Shown here piece after piece: positions 1 through 10,774 of a stretch of 64,000 nucleotides of DNA. This stretch comes from Hyphococcus sp. GTDB taxonomy: Bacteria > Pseudomonadota > Alphaproteobacteria > Caulobacterales > Parvularculaceae. Both the position numbers and the translations under genes were made by a program. The notes under the pieces were generated by a model. The model had not been told where the DNA came from, made no database searches, and saw only the letters and a list, made by a program, of their open reading frames with translations. Each line of letters starts with the position of its first letter. The stretch's first letter is position 1. The stretch lies in the NCBI GenBank assembly GCA_028281665.1, contig JANQJK010000004.1, forward strand, positions 65,165-129,164, read 5' to 3'.

Positions 1-482
1 GCGGTGGCTTTGAGGAGAACCGGGTAGCCGATGCGCGCGGCTTCCCGTTTGAAGGTCTTCAGCGCCTGGTCCTCGCCCTGATAGCCGGGGGTCGTCGGCA
101 CGCCGGCGGCCTCCATCAGGTCCTTCGCCGCCGATTTCGATCCCATGGCGCGAATGGTCTTTGCAGTCGGCCCGATGAACGCAATGCTGGCCTTGTCCAG
201 AGCCTCGGCGAACGCCGCATTCTCCGACAAAAACCCGTAGCCGGGATGCACCGCCTCGGCGCCCGTGCGCGCGCAGGCTTCAAGAATTTTCTCGGCGCGC
301 AGATAGCTTTCCGCCGCCGGCGCGGGCCCGATGAAAACCGCTTCGTCGCAAACCTTCACATGAGGCGCCGACGCGTCCGCCTCTGAATAGACCGCGACCG
401 TTTTGACGCCCATCTTCCGCGCGGTGCGCGCAACCCTGACAGCGATTTCTCCGCGATTCGCGATGAGAATTTTTTTGAACAT
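1..482 (-). CDS. mccA: Biotin-carboxylase (alpha) subunit of 3-methylcrotonyl-CoA carboxylase. Only the N-terminal ~160 aa are present because the gene runs off the left edge.
   Basis: Absent from the ORF track because there is no stop in the window. Reverse translation from ATG 482 gives MFKKILIANRGEIAVRVARTARKMGVKTVAVYSEADASAPHVKVCDEAVFIGPAPAAESYLRAEKILEACARTGAEAVHPGYGFLSENAAFAE, a canonical biotin carboxylase N-domain. It starts 48 nt after the stop of the MCC beta gene. Confidence 0.8.
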   Translation of the reverse strand, partial: MFKKILIANRGEIAVRVARTARKMGVKTVAVYSEADASAPHVKVCDEAVFIGPAPAAESYLRAEKILEACARTGAEAVHPGYGFLSENAAFAEALDKASIAFIGPTAKTIRAMGSKSAAKDLMEAAGVPTTPGYQGEDQALKTFKREAARIGYPVLLKAT

Positions 483-530
483 CAGTGAAAAACCCCTGGA
501 GGTCGAACTCGGTGTTATCGCGTTACCCGG

Positions 531-2135
531 CTACATCCGGAACACGCCGAAGCGCGTCGCCTCGACCGGCGCATTCAACGATGCGGAGAGACAAAGGCCC
601 AGAACGTCGCGGGTCTGCGCCGGATCGATGACGCCGTCGTCCCAGAGCCGCGCGGAGGAATAATAGGGCGAACCCTGTTGCTCGTAATTGTCGCGCACGC
701 CGTTCTTGAAGTCTTCTTCGTCCTCCGCGGACCACACATCGCCTTCTTTCAGACCGTCGCGTTTGACCGTCGCAAGAACGCTCGCCGCCTGCTCGCCGCC
801 CATCACGGAGATGCGCGCATTTGGCCACATGAACATGAAACGCGGCCCATAGGCGCGCCCGCACATGCCGTAATTGCCGGCGCCGTAAGACCCGCCGACG
901 ACGATCGTGAATTTGGGAACGCCGGCGGTGGCGACGGCGGTCACGAGCTTTGCGCCGTCCTTGGCGATGCCCCCTTCTTCGGCCGCGCGGCCGACCATGA
1001 AGCCCGTAATGTTCTGTAGAAAGACCAGGGGAATTTTTCGCTGGCAGCACAATTCGATGAAATGAGCGCCTTTCTTGGCGCTTTCGGAAAAGAGAATGCC
1101 GTTATTGGCGAGTATTCCGACGGGAAACCCGTGCAGCCGCGCAAAGCCCGTCACCAGCGTTGAGCCGTAAAGCGGCTTGAATTCGTCAAACGCGGAACCG
1201 TCAACAATCCGTGCGATGATCTCGCGGGCGTCATACGGCTTGCGCGCATCCGTTTCCACAACGCCGTAAAGCTCGGCCGCATCGTATGCAGGCGCCTCGG
1301 CCTGCGATTTCGTGACCTTTCCGAGTTTTTCCCAGTTCAGTCGCGAAACAATCTGGCGGGCCAGCCCCAACGCATGATCGTCGTCTTCGGCCAGATGATC
1401 GGCGACGCCGGAAATGCGCGTATGGGTGTCGCCGCCCCCCAGGTCTTCCGCCGAAACGATCTCGCCGGTCGCCGCTTTGACGAGAGGCGGGCCGCCGAGA
1501 AAGATCGTGCCCTGTTTTTTGACGATCACCGCCTCGTCGGACATTGCCGGCACATAGGCGCCGCCGGCCGTGCAGCTTCCGTGCACGATGGCGATCTGCG
1601 GAATGCCCTTTGAGGACATCTGCGCCTGATTGAAAAAGATGCGCCCGAAATCGTCCTTGTCCGGAAAAACTTCGTCCTGCATGGGCAGGAATGCGCCGCC
1701 GGATTCGACGAGGTAAACGCAAGGCAGCCGGTTTTCGAGGGCGATTTCCTGCATACGCAGGTGTTTCTTCACGGTCATCGGGTGGTAGGTGCCGCCCTTT
1801 ACGGTCGGATCGTTGGCGACGATGGCGCACTCAACCCCGGAGATGCGGCCGATCCCCGATACGATCCCGGCTGCGTGGACGTCGCCGGAATACATTTCCC
1901 AGGCGGCGAACTGACCGATTTCGAGAAACGGGGCGCCCGGATCAAGCAGGCGTGAAATACGCTCGCGAACGAGCAGCTTCCCGCGTTTCTTGTGGCGCTC
2001 ATTATACCGATCGCCGCCGCCCGCGGCGATGATGTCGGCGCGGTCGCGCAGTTGCGCAACAGCGTCTTCCATCGCTTCTTTGTTTGCGGCGAAAGTGTCT
2101 GACCGAATGTCGATCTTCGATTCGATGATGGGCAT
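531..2135 (-). CDS. mccB: 3-methylcrotonyl-CoA carboxylase beta (carboxyltransferase) subunit
   Basis: 534 aa with an ATG start. Long colinear similarity to MCCC2-type carboxyltransferases ([72 protein letters not shown]). Confidence 0.9.
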   Translation of the reverse strand: MPIIESKIDIRSDTFAANKEAMEDAVAQLRDRADIIAAGGGDRYNERHKKRGKLLVRERISRLLDPGAPFLEIGQFAAWEMYSGDVHAAGIVSGIGRISGVECAIVANDPTVKGGTYHPMTVKKHLRMQEIALENRLPCVYLVESGGAFLPMQDEVFPDKDDFGRIFFNQAQMSSKGIPQIAIVHGSCTAGGAYVPAMSDEAVIVKKQGTIFLGGPPLVKAATGEIVSAEDLGGGDTHTRISGVADHLAEDDDHALGLARQIVSRLNWEKLGKVTKSQAEAPAYDAAELYGVVETDARKPYDAREIIARIVDGSAFDEFKPLYGSTLVTGFARLHGFPVGILANNGILFSESAKKGAHFIELCCQRKIPLVFLQNITGFMVGRAAEEGGIAKDGAKLVTAVATAGVPKFTIVVGGSYGAGNYGMCGRAYGPRFMFMWPNARISVMGGEQAASVLATVKRDGLKEGDVWSAEDEEDFKNGVRDNYEQQGSPYYSSARLWDDGVIDPAQTRDVLGLCLSASLNAPVEATRFGVFRM

Positions 2136-2385
2136 GCGGGCTGTTTACGGCGGATTACTTCTTGAACGCAATAGCAGGCGACTTGGCTGCGCAGGTGCGG
2201 CGCCGGATGCGAAACCGCAAGGGTGGGCGGTCCCATGTAGGTACGAGATCCACCCGATCAGAGTGAAGCCGCAGAAAATTGCGTCCTGCGAACGGCTCGT
2301 GGAACAAGGAATTACAAATTCAGTGAGAAAGGCGCCGATAATGTCACGGCGCTGAATACCCCGCGCCGCTCATAAGCGGCGCCCT

Positions 2386-2826
2386 TCAGTCCGCGGCTCT
2401 GATCTTCCCTAATGCGGACTTCAGGATTTCCGACAGCGGCGCCGGCCTGCGCGATTCGCGATCGACATAAACATGAACGAAATGGCCTTCCGCCAACGGT
2501 TCGGTCCCGGCCTCTTTGAAAAGCCCGATTTCGTAGCGCACCGACGAATTGCCGATATGCGCGACCCGCAACCCGCCCTCAAGACTGTCCGGGAAAGCCG
2601 CCGGCGCAAAGTAACGGCATCCGGTCTCGACGACCAACCCGATGACATTACTCTTCTCAACGTCGAGGGCGCCCTCGGCGACCAAAAAGCCGTTCACGAC
2701 CGTATCGAAAAAACTGTAATAGACGACATTGTTTATGTGCGCGTAGGCGTCATTGTCCCTCCAGCGGGTCTGGATGGGCGCGAAATGCCGGTAATCGGCG
2801 CGGGTCCTGGAGGGCGTGGGCGCCAA
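2386..2826 (-). CDS. Acyl-CoA thioesterase, hotdog-fold (4HBT/YbgC-like)
   Basis: 146 aa. TTG start preceded by AGGAGA 7 nt upstream. The WRDNDAYAHINNVVYYSFFD motif is typical of 4HBT thioesterases. Confidence 0.7.
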   Translation of the reverse strand: MAPTPSRTRADYRHFAPIQTRWRDNDAYAHINNVVYYSFFDTVVNGFLVAEGALDVEKSNVIGLVVETGCRYFAPAAFPDSLEGGLRVAHIGNSSVRYEIGLFKEAGTEPLAEGHFVHVYVDRESRRPAPLSEILKSALGKIRAAD

Positions 2827-2917
2827 CGGGTAATCTCCTGTTTATGCCCGCATTTCGCCGGCGCGTTGACAAGCGGGCTTCCGCGTCATTTCATTACAGC
2901 CTTGGGGAAGTTATGGG

Positions 2918-3874
2918 GTGGGGTCAAGCATCATGAAGACGCCGATCATGCGGCCGCCGCTGGAAGCGGTGCTATTTGGCTTTGAGCGCATCGGCATGGT
3001 GATTCGCATCGCCTGGCTGCCGATCGCCATTGTCATTCTGTTGTATGGCGGCTCGCTCGCGCTGCTGGCCGGCGCCGGAATGAGTGCGGCCGATTTTTCA
3101 ACGTCGGATCCGGAAGAAGCCATTGAGGCTCTCTTCGAAAACAGCGGATTTCTCGCCGGCTACATCGTGCTGTGCACGTTCATGCCGCTCGTTGTCATGC
3201 TGGTGTTGTCTTGCGTTTACGTGGCCGTTACGCGCGCGGCGACCTTTGCGTATTTCGAGCCGCCGTCTCTCCCGTTTTACTTTGCGTTGGGGCCGCGCGA
3301 ATTGCGCTATTTCGTAACGCAGTTTCTTTATGGCCTCCTCATTGCGGTAACCGGCGTGATCATGTTTGTATTCGTCGCCGGCGCCATCGGCTTGACGGCG
3401 GTGGCGTCCGAAGCGGTTGACGGTCAGGCGAAGGCGCTGATTATTGCGCCGGGCGCGCTCCTGGCCATCTGGATTTTCATCGTCTGGCTGTGGGTCGTGT
3501 TGCGGCTGTTGCCCGTGCTGCCGATCGCTGCGGTCGAGAACCGGATTTCGTTCGGCGACGCATGGGCGATGACCAAGGGAAACTTCTGGCGGCTTCTCGT
3601 GTCTGGAGCGCTGTTTCTTTCCATCCTGCAGGGCGTCGTTTTTATCCTGTTCATTCTGTTCTTCATACCAGCGGCTATCGTGATCGCGTTGCTGGCTGTG
3701 GCGGGTTTTGGCGTGATTGGGCCGGCCGCCTTCATCCTGTTCGCGTTTCTGGCGCTGCTGCTGATACCGGCGATTATCGCGCTCGCCTCGTTCACACTTG
3801 CCGCTGAGGCCGCGTTCCCGGCGCGGATATACGCCTATCTTTCGGACTGCGGCGATGATTGCAGAATCTACTAG
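2918..3874 (+). CDS. Polytopic inner-membrane protein of unknown function
   Basis: 318 aa with about 7 hydrophobic spans and a coding-like GC3. The start is uncertain (GTG 2918 or ATG 2933). Confidence 0.6.
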   Translation: MGSSIMKTPIMRPPLEAVLFGFERIGMVIRIAWLPIAIVILLYGGSLALLAGAGMSAADFSTSDPEEAIEALFENSGFLAGYIVLCTFMPLVVMLVLSCVYVAVTRAATFAYFEPPSLPFYFALGPRELRYFVTQFLYGLLIAVTGVIMFVFVAGAIGLTAVASEAVDGQAKALIIAPGALLAIWIFIVWLWVVLRLLPVLPIAAVENRISFGDAWAMTKGNFWRLLVSGALFLSILQGVVFILFILFFIPAAIVIALLAVAGFGVIGPAAFILFAFLALLLIPAIIALASFTLAAEAAFPARIYAYLSDCGDDCRIY

Positions 3875-3883
3875 GCGCGTGGG

Positions 3884-5029
3884 CTAAAGCACTTCCGTGT
3901 ACATGGCGAGTGCGTCGTCATAGGTGACGGCGCGCGGATTGTTCTGCAATACGCGCTGGCCTTTCATGGCGTCCTCGGCCATGCGCGGCAGATCGTTATG
4001 GGAAATGCCGAGCTGCGACAGACGGCGCTCAACCCCCGTCGCCTCGACGATTTCCACGATCCGCCTGATAAACGCATCGCATTTCTGCGCATGGGTTCCC
4101 GTTGCGCCCGGCGCAATGACGTCGGCAAGCTCTGCATATTGGTGATCCGCATTCGGCGCGTTGAATCTCAACACAGGCTCCAGCATCAGTGAATTCGAAA
4201 GCCCGTGAGGAACATGAAAAATGCCGCCGAGCGGGTACGCCATTCCGTGAACGGCGCCGACGGGGGAGTTTGCAAAAGCCTGTCCGGCGAGCATGGCGCC
4301 CAGCATCATCGCTTCGCGGGCGTTGCGGTCGCCCGGTTTTTCGCAAGCCGCGACAATATTCGAAGAAAGCAGCCGCAGCGCTTCGCGCGCAAGCGCATCC
4401 GAGACGGGGTTTTTGCGATTGATATTTGTGTAGGCCTCAATGGCGTGGACCATGGCGTCAATGCCGGTCGCAGCCGTCACATGGCGGGGCAGGCCGAACG
4501 TCAATTCCGGATCGAGCACCGCAAGGTCTGGATAGAGCGCATTGTCGACTACGGCGACTTTCGTATCTTCTTCCGTCGTGATGACTGAGATGGACGTGAC
4601 TTCCGATCCGGTGCCCGATGTGGTCGGGCACAGCGCCAGCGGCGCGCGTTTGCCCCTGACGGTATCGGTCCCGTAGATGTCTTCGAGACTCTGCTCGGAA
4701 TTCATCAGCACAGAAACGACCTTCGCCGTGTCCATGGAGGAGCCGCCGCCGAGGCCGATCACGCTGTCGGCGCGGTGGGCGCGCGCCGCATTGACCGCCT
4801 GTTTTACCTTGCCGGCTGGCGGGTCTGCGGCGACATCGTCAAAAAGAAGTATCGAAACGCCGGCCGCCTCGAGGCTTCCAATCGCCGGTTCGACGAGGCC
4901 GGCCTCGATCAGCCCCTTGTCGGTGAGCAAAATCGGGCGCTTGAAGCGGGCGCCCATCAAGTCGCCGATTTCCCTTATCGATCCGGACCTGAAAACGATT
5001 TCCGGGGTTGTGTGGAATGTGAAGTTCAT
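3884..5029 (-). CDS. Iron-containing (group III) alcohol dehydrogenase
   Basis: 381 aa. Contains GLGGGSSMDTAK and the His-rich metal site (DAMVHAIEAY, HGMAYPLGG...HVPHG) of Fe-ADH. Confidence 0.85.
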   Translation of the reverse strand: MNFTFHTTPEIVFRSGSIREIGDLMGARFKRPILLTDKGLIEAGLVEPAIGSLEAAGVSILLFDDVAADPPAGKVKQAVNAARAHRADSVIGLGGGSSMDTAKVVSVLMNSEQSLEDIYGTDTVRGKRAPLALCPTTSGTGSEVTSISVITTEEDTKVAVVDNALYPDLAVLDPELTFGLPRHVTAATGIDAMVHAIEAYTNINRKNPVSDALAREALRLLSSNIVAACEKPGDRNAREAMMLGAMLAGQAFANSPVGAVHGMAYPLGGIFHVPHGLSNSLMLEPVLRFNAPNADHQYAELADVIAPGATGTHAQKCDAFIRRIVEIVEATGVERRLSQLGISHNDLPRMAEDAMKGQRVLQNNPRAVTYDDALAMYTEVL

Positions 5030-5106
5030 TCTGCGCTCCCAAATGACGCGGGAGGCGCAGAATGAACCGCGGCGCCGACAGGGGCAAGCGGCGATAGCGA
5101 TGGGCC

Positions 5107-5733
5107 TTAGTTTTTCACCGCGTTTTCCAGATCGCCGATGAAGGCCATCACGGTATCCTCATCGTCGCCTTCGACCTCGATCAGGGCTTTATCTTCGTCC
5201 GACATCATCAAGACGGAGAGTTCGCCGTTTTCGCCGCGTCGTTTGATCGCCGGCTCGCCGCGCATTTCTGCGACTTCGAGACCGCCCTTTTCAAGCATCG
5301 CCGTATCGTCCTTGATAAACATGAAGTCGGCAAGGTCCCGCCCTTCGCCGAAAACGCGGACGGTGACGATGCGGCCCTCGTCATCCCGGAAGCGGCGTTC
5401 CACCGTGTCGCGGCGATCGAACAAGTTTTCGAAGGCGACCGTCGAAGATTGCGCCAGCACGAAATTGGCGTTCTCCGGTTTAAAGGAGGGCGCGGCGCCG
5501 GCGATTTTTTGGGTCAGGGTTTGCAGAGAAAGCCGGTTGGCGTTGGCGCCCGCGGTGCGCAGGAGCAGGGCGGCGCGGTCGAACTCTTTCGCCTCAAGGG
5601 CGCTGAGAGCGGACTTCACGTCGGCCTCAACGCTGGTTTCAATCGAGGCGAAGGATACATCCGCCGCCGTCGGCTGAGCGTAGGCGGTGGCGATCAGGAC
5701 GAGGGATGAAGCTGCGGTTGCGATAAGTTTCAT
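5107..5733 (-). CDS. Exported hypothetical protein
   Basis: 208 aa. AGGAGA SD precedes the ATG. Signal peptide MKLIATAASSLVLIATAYAQP. I recognise no family. Confidence 0.6.
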   Translation of the reverse strand: MKLIATAASSLVLIATAYAQPTAADVSFASIETSVEADVKSALSALEAKEFDRAALLLRTAGANANRLSLQTLTQKIAGAAPSFKPENANFVLAQSSTVAFENLFDRRDTVERRFRDDEGRIVTVRVFGEGRDLADFMFIKDDTAMLEKGGLEVAEMRGEPAIKRRGENGELSVLMMSDEDKALIEVEGDDEDTVMAFIGDLENAVKN

Positions 5734-5835
5734 TGGGGTTTCTCCTGTTGCGTCGGTAAGCCGCCAATGAAGGAACGCGCGATCACGCTCAATGAACGCG
5801 CCCGTGAGCTGATCTGTTTGTGAAAAGCCGCGAGC

Positions 5836-7587
5836 TTATCCGAACCGCACCAGCCGACCGGGCCGCGCATCGGTAACTTCGTCATTGGCGATCACCTGTT
5901 CGCCGGCGACAAAGGTTGCGCGGTAGCCGGAAACCGGCTGCAACAGGCGTTGCCCGCCTGCGGGAAGGTCCTGAACCATGCGCGGCGCCCCAAGCCGCAA
6001 CTTGTCGTGATCGATCACGTTGATGTCTGCGCGCATGCCGACGCGCAGGCGCCCGCGGTCTTTCAGCCCCAGATAATCGGCGCCGTCAGCGGTCAACATC
6101 TGAATGGCGCGCTCAAGGGGGATGCGGCCTTCGGCCCGGTCCCGCGTCCAGTGGGTCAGCAGATAGGTTGGAAAGCTCGCATCGCAGATCGTGCCCACAT
6201 GGGCGCCGCCGTCGGACAGGCCGGGCAGGGCGGCGGGATGGGTGATCATGGTGCGGACGTTATCGTAGTTGAATTCGGTGTAGTTGTAGATCGGGAAGTA
6301 GATGAGCTGGCGGCCGTCAAGTTCCAGCAACGTGTCATAGAGTTTTTCCATGGCCGAAACGCCGTCGCGTCTCGCTTCCGCGCCGAGGGAGCGGTCCTGC
6401 GTCTGTTCGTAGTCCGGGTTTTCGCCCAGGCGGAAAAACTTGTTCGCCACGAGTTCAATCGCCGCAATCATGGTATCGGCGATCGGCGGCACGGACGAGC
6501 CTTCCCCGGCCAGTTTCACGGGTTTTTCGCTGAGACATTTCTCCTTGAAGGCGGGCTCTCGCATAATGCGAACACGCTCGTCGAGCGGCCAGTCCTTGAT
6601 CTCCATATAGGAAGGCTGCGCCATCATCGGATGGAACGTGCATTGCAGTCCCTGAAAAACGCCAATGGCGCGCGGCGCAACCTGCACATGAAACGGAACG
6701 CCGTCTGCGTTCAGCCGCTCCGTTTCCGTGAGAATTCGTTTCCAGTCATCCGCGGCCATGTCCCGTTGCATCAGCGAGATCGAGGCGGGGCGGCCGCCGG
6801 CGCGGACAAACGCTTCGACGATTGCAAATTCCTCGTCGAACTCATCGCCTTCCCGTTCGAGATTGAAATCGTTGACGATCTGAAGAACGCCGTGATTGAG
6901 GCCGTCGAAGGCCGATGCAATGCCGGTCAGTTCCTTCGCGCTGGCTTCGGCGCTCGGAGTCCAGTCGCCATCCGCCGTGCGGTGGACATCGGTGCGGCCG
7001 ATGGAGAAGCCGGCGGCGCCGGCTTCAAGCGCATCGCGCACGATCGCGCGCATCGTTGCGATGTCGTTGTCAGTGGCCGTTTCAAAGGCGCTCGCCCGCT
7101 CGCCCATGGCGTAGACGCGCACGGGGTCGTGGCCGATCATCACGCCGAAATCGACCGTATGGGGCACAGCGTCGATGGCGTTCATATAGTCGGGGAAGCT
7201 TTCCCAGTTCCAGGTGAGGCCTTCATGAAGCGCCGTGCCCGGAATGTCTTCGACGCCCTCCATCAGGCGCACAAGACGGTCATGATCGGTATCGTGAGCC
7301 GGGGCAAAGCCAATGCCGCAATTGCCCATGAGCAGGGTCGTCACGCCGTGATTGACCGAGGGGCGCAATTCCTCGTCCCAGGAAATCTGCCCGTCATAAT
7401 GGGTATGCAGATCAACGAAGCCCGGCGTCACGATGGCGCCCCCGGCGTCGATGGTTCGGTCCGTGCTGGCGGCGCATTTTCCGATCTCCGCAATGCGCCC
7501 GTCCTTGATGCCGATATCCGCGCGCACCGGCGCGCCGCCGTCGCCGTCATAGACGGCGCCGCCCTTAATAATGACGTCAAAGCTCAT
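5836..7587 (-). CDS. N-acyl-D-amino-acid deacylase (D-aminoacylase) family amidohydrolase
   Basis: Trimmed to [15 protein letters not shown] (ATG 7587), which forms an ATGA overlap with the upstream gene's stop. [11 protein letters not shown] metal motif, ~583 aa. Confidence 0.8.
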   Translation of the reverse strand: MSFDVIIKGGAVYDGDGGAPVRADIGIKDGRIAEIGKCAASTDRTIDAGGAIVTPGFVDLHTHYDGQISWDEELRPSVNHGVTTLLMGNCGIGFAPAHDTDHDRLVRLMEGVEDIPGTALHEGLTWNWESFPDYMNAIDAVPHTVDFGVMIGHDPVRVYAMGERASAFETATDNDIATMRAIVRDALEAGAAGFSIGRTDVHRTADGDWTPSAEASAKELTGIASAFDGLNHGVLQIVNDFNLEREGDEFDEEFAIVEAFVRAGGRPASISLMQRDMAADDWKRILTETERLNADGVPFHVQVAPRAIGVFQGLQCTFHPMMAQPSYMEIKDWPLDERVRIMREPAFKEKCLSEKPVKLAGEGSSVPPIADTMIAAIELVANKFFRLGENPDYEQTQDRSLGAEARRDGVSAMEKLYDTLLELDGRQLIYFPIYNYTEFNYDNVRTMITHPAALPGLSDGGAHVGTICDASFPTYLLTHWTRDRAEGRIPLERAIQMLTADGADYLGLKDRGRLRVGMRADINVIDHDKLRLGAPRMVQDLPAGGQRLLQPVSGYRATFVAGEQVIANDEVTDARPGRLVRFG

Positions 7588-8501
7588 GGCGTCGCCTTTC
7601 GTTTGTCGATCATTCGAAACAGCAAAATCATAACGCCGCCGGACGCGAAGTGCCAAACGCCCCATACAGCGGCTATCGCCGCGGCGCCGCCAATTCCCTC
7701 CATCTGCGCCAGCAACAATACGACAGCGAGGCCGGCGTTCTGGATGCCGACTTCAAAGGTCAGCGAGCGGCGGCGATCGGGTGCGGCGCCGAGCAGCCGG
7801 CCCGATGCTGCGCCGGTCGCGAAGGCGAGCGCATTATGGAGGGCGACCGGGATCAGGATGAGGGCCCAGCCCGGCAACAGTACGGGGAGGAAATCAATCG
7901 TGCCGGCCACAATCACCCAGGCCAGAACGCCCGCTCCGAAAAGCGCCAGCGGCTTGCGCAGGCGTTCGGCGAGGGCCGGGCGCCAATGCGCCGCCGCCAT
8001 CCCGGCGGCAAGCGGCGCTGCGAGCATAAGCGTTGTCTGCGTGACGAACGCGGCCCGATTAAAGTCAATGGCCGCCAGCAAGTCCGCCGTAGGCGGATAA
8101 AGCCCTGACCAGAACAGAATTGCCGCCGGCGTCCACAGGGCCGCGATGACGCTGGAGCCGGCCGTAAGCGATACGGAATATGCGACGTCTCCGCGCGCGG
8201 CCCAGCTCATGAAGTTTGAAACATTGCCGCCGGGGCAGGCGGCGACGACGATCATGCCCAGCGCAACCGATGGCGCCGGATTCATGACCGACGCAAGGGC
8301 CAGCGTGACCGCGGGCAGGGCGATGATCTGCGCCGCCACGCCGCCGAAGAACAGCTTTGGTTCGCGCTTCAGGAAATGAAAGTGTTCCGGCTTCAGACCC
8401 AGCGCAATCGCAAACATCATGATCATGATGGCGCCTGCGAGCAGACGCTGCGCCGCCGGATCAAGCGTAATCGTCAGTCCATCAAGGGTTTCAGGCGTCA
8501 C
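7584..8501 (-). CDS. Bile acid:sodium symporter (BASS) family transporter
   Basis: 305 aa with a GTG start. Contains the ACPGGNVSNF motif and a ~9-TM profile typical of BASS/YocS-like proteins. Confidence 0.8.
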   Translation of the reverse strand: MTPETLDGLTITLDPAAQRLLAGAIMIMMFAIALGLKPEHFHFLKREPKLFFGGVAAQIIALPAVTLALASVMNPAPSVALGMIVVAACPGGNVSNFMSWAARGDVAYSVSLTAGSSVIAALWTPAAILFWSGLYPPTADLLAAIDFNRAAFVTQTTLMLAAPLAAGMAAAHWRPALAERLRKPLALFGAGVLAWVIVAGTIDFLPVLLPGWALILIPVALHNALAFATGAASGRLLGAAPDRRRSLTFEVGIQNAGLAVVLLLAQMEGIGGAAAIAAVWGVWHFASGGVMILLFRMIDKRKATP

Positions 8502-8517
8502 AATCGCAAGCGATCGA

Positions 8518-8997
8518 TCACGCAGTGACTGTTTTCAGGAATGCAAGCAGGAACGACACGGTCATCAGGATCGTCAGCGGCGTGCGCACGCCGAGATACC
8601 AGTCCGGCGCGCCGGACCCGCGGCGTGTTGCGCGCAGATCGTCCCACAGCAATATCGGCAGCGCGATGATAACGATCAGGAACCGCGTGAACGTATCTTC
8701 GAGGAGAAATACGGGGAAAGCCATGAGCAGCGGAATTACGCCGCCAAGCAGGCTGAAGAAGCTAGGGCCGCCGGGGCGCATCACCGCGACGCCCCACCTG
8801 ACGCCGCCGAAGAACACGATGAGCGCGCCGCCATAAAGGAGCATGAGTTGCGTTGCGCCGGCGCCGAGATCGGCGGGGCGCATCCAGATCAGGAGCGCGG
8901 CGATAATCGGCGGAAGGGCGCCGGCGTAAGCGAGCACCGCGGCCGCCTGCGGCAGACCTGTTTGTCCGGCCCGAACGTCGTTGCCTGCTTCGCTCAT
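8518..8997 (-). CDS. DUF3429-like small membrane protein
   Basis: Trimmed to MSEAGNDV (ATG 8997). 159 aa with about 5 TM segments and a LLYGGALIVFFGGVRWG motif. Confidence 0.55.
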   Translation of the reverse strand: MSEAGNDVRAGQTGLPQAAAVLAYAGALPPIIAALLIWMRPADLGAGATQLMLLYGGALIVFFGGVRWGVAVMRPGGPSFFSLLGGVIPLLMAFPVFLLEDTFTRFLIVIIALPILLWDDLRATRRGSGAPDWYLGVRTPLTILMTVSFLLAFLKTVTA

Positions 8998-9035
8998 AGC
9001 GATCTCCCATATTAAAGCGAATGAAACGCAACTTC

Positions 9036-9782
9036 TTATGATTTGCGAAACGCAAGGCCCGCAATCCACCCCGCCAACAGCGACACGGCGACGCAGAGCA
9101 GACCATAAAGCACGGGACGCTGATGCGCGAGGTCATAAATGCGCCGTTCCAGGCCGACCTTGTTCACCCGCAACTCCGCGCTGTCGCGGGAAACCATGAC
9201 GCCATCGCGATAGAGATAGACGGCGACGCCGTAATCGCCCACGGGCGTGTCGGCCGGGAGGGAGGCGTCGATGGTGAACAACGCGCCTTTCACGAACGAA
9301 ATCCCGCCAACGCGGTCCTGATACTGCCCGCCCGTTTCCAGCGCGTCGAGAAAAGCGGCGTTAAAGGGATGGGGGGCGTCGCTGTCCGCATAAAGATCGA
9401 CGGCGGCGATATTGTCGACGCCAAGCTGGTACTGGGCCTGGTCCGGCAGCGGGGCGATGTCGCTGATCGGCCGGGTCGCGCTGCTGGCGTAAAAGCGCGG
9501 CGCGTTTTTCACGGTCCAGGGTTCGCCGGGCAGCCAGATAATGCCGCGCTGTTCCAGGGGGCGCACGTTGAAGTCGCCTTCAGGTCCGGTGACGACGGCG
9601 ATAATGTCGAAAACCTCGGCGGGGTTTTCAACGCCGGTCACTGCGCCGAACAGGGTCAGGTCGGCGCCGGCAAAATTCGCGTCGACTTCCACGCGGTCGT
9701 CGGTAAGCGCGACGGCGATATCGGCGGCCTGCGCGCTTACCGCGAACAGCATTGCCGTAAGGATGGACAGCAGCGTTCTCAT
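9036..9782 (-). CDS. TIGR02186 / Alph_Pro_TM family protein (alphaproteobacteria-restricted)
   Basis: Trimmed to MRTLLSILTAMLFAVSAQA (signal peptide), with ATG 9782 in an ATGA overlap with the upstream TSUP gene. It has a C-terminal TM segment. The 150-aa upstream extension in the ORF track is Arg-rich junk. Confidence 0.7.
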   Translation of the reverse strand: MRTLLSILTAMLFAVSAQAADIAVALTDDRVEVDANFAGADLTLFGAVTGVENPAEVFDIIAVVTGPEGDFNVRPLEQRGIIWLPGEPWTVKNAPRFYASSATRPISDIAPLPDQAQYQLGVDNIAAVDLYADSDAPHPFNAAFLDALETGGQYQDRVGGISFVKGALFTIDASLPADTPVGDYGVAVYLYRDGVMVSRDSAELRVNKVGLERRIYDLAHQRPVLYGLLCVAVSLLAGWIAGLAFRKS

Positions 9783-10693
9783 AAAGCCGGCCCGACAATG
9801 AAAAGCGCGTCCGGCGGCAGCGCGAGATCGAAAAAAAGCCGGGCGCAAACGGCCAGAACGATCAGCGCCAGCAATGCGCGCAGTTGCTCGCCTTTCAAAC
9901 GGCGCCCTGCGCGCGCGCCGATCTGGGCGCCGATGACGCCGCCGGTGAGCAGCATCAGGGCGAGAAGAATGTCGACGGTCTGGTTCGCGGCTGCATGGAG
10001 CATCGTTGCAATCGCGGTGACGAAAATGATTTGAAAGAGCGAAGTGCCGACGACAACCTTGGTCGGCATGTTGAGAATGTAAAGCATGGCGGGCACCATG
10101 ATGAATCCGCCGCCGACGCCCATGACTGAAGCAAGCATGCCGACCAGAAAGCCGAGCACAATCGGCGGGATCGGGCTGATATAAAGCCCCGAACGCCGAA
10201 AGCGCATGGCGAACGGCATCGCCGCCATCCATTCGGCGCTGCGGTGTTTGCGCCGGGTGCGTTTGGCGCCCGGCTCGCGAAGCAGCGCGCGTAAGGATTC
10301 CATCAGCATCAACAGGCCAATGGCGCCAAGGAAAACGACATAGGCGATGGAGATAAAAACTTCGATCTGCCCGATGGCGCGAAAATACCGAAAGATGAAA
10401 ATGCCGACGACGGCGCCGACGGCGCCGCCGGCGACAAGGTAGCCGCCGATATGCAGGTCGACCGTCTTGCGGCGTAGATGCGCAAGCACGCCGGAGACGG
10501 AGGACGCGACGATTTGCGAGGCTTCGGTGCCCACGGCGACAGCGGGCGGGACGCCGTAGAAAATCAACAGCGGCGTCATCAGGAAGCCGCCGCCGACCCC
10601 GAACATGCCCGACAGAAAACCGACCGCCGCCCCGAGAAACACGATGACAAACGGATCAACGGTGATCTCCGCAATTGGGAGATAAATCTGCAT
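9779..10693 (-). CDS. TSUP (TauE/SafE) family anion exporter
   Basis: 304 aa with two internal repeats of 4 TM segments and GVGGGF motifs in both halves. Confidence 0.8.
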   Translation of the reverse strand: MQIYLPIAEITVDPFVIVFLGAAVGFLSGMFGVGGGFLMTPLLIFYGVPPAVAVGTEASQIVASSVSGVLAHLRRKTVDLHIGGYLVAGGAVGAVVGIFIFRYFRAIGQIEVFISIAYVVFLGAIGLLMLMESLRALLREPGAKRTRRKHRSAEWMAAMPFAMRFRRSGLYISPIPPIVLGFLVGMLASVMGVGGGFIMVPAMLYILNMPTKVVVGTSLFQIIFVTAIATMLHAAANQTVDILLALMLLTGGVIGAQIGARAGRRLKGEQLRALLALIVLAVCARLFFDLALPPDALFIVGPAL

Positions 10694-10774
10694 AAGACGC
10701 GCCAGCCTGTCGAACGCCCCCGGGGCGTTCCCGCTTATAGACCGCGCCTTGGCCCACGCAAGCGAAGCGGCGCG

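Noticed and set aside
5950-8100. 716-aa ORF on the plus strand
   Set aside because: It is antisense to the D-aminoacylase and BASS genes, Arg/Ala/Gly-rich and has no recognisable motifs. This is the typical stop-codon-poor shadow frame of high-GC DNA.
9783-10232. Long N-terminal extensions given by the ORF track (also 18623-18877, 34122-34343, 29620-29778, 53289-53357, 15813-15881, 7588-7665)
   Set aside because: The extensions are Arg-rich, overlap the upstream gene or lack an SD. Internal starts give canonical N-termini, signal peptides or ATGA/TAATG coupling.
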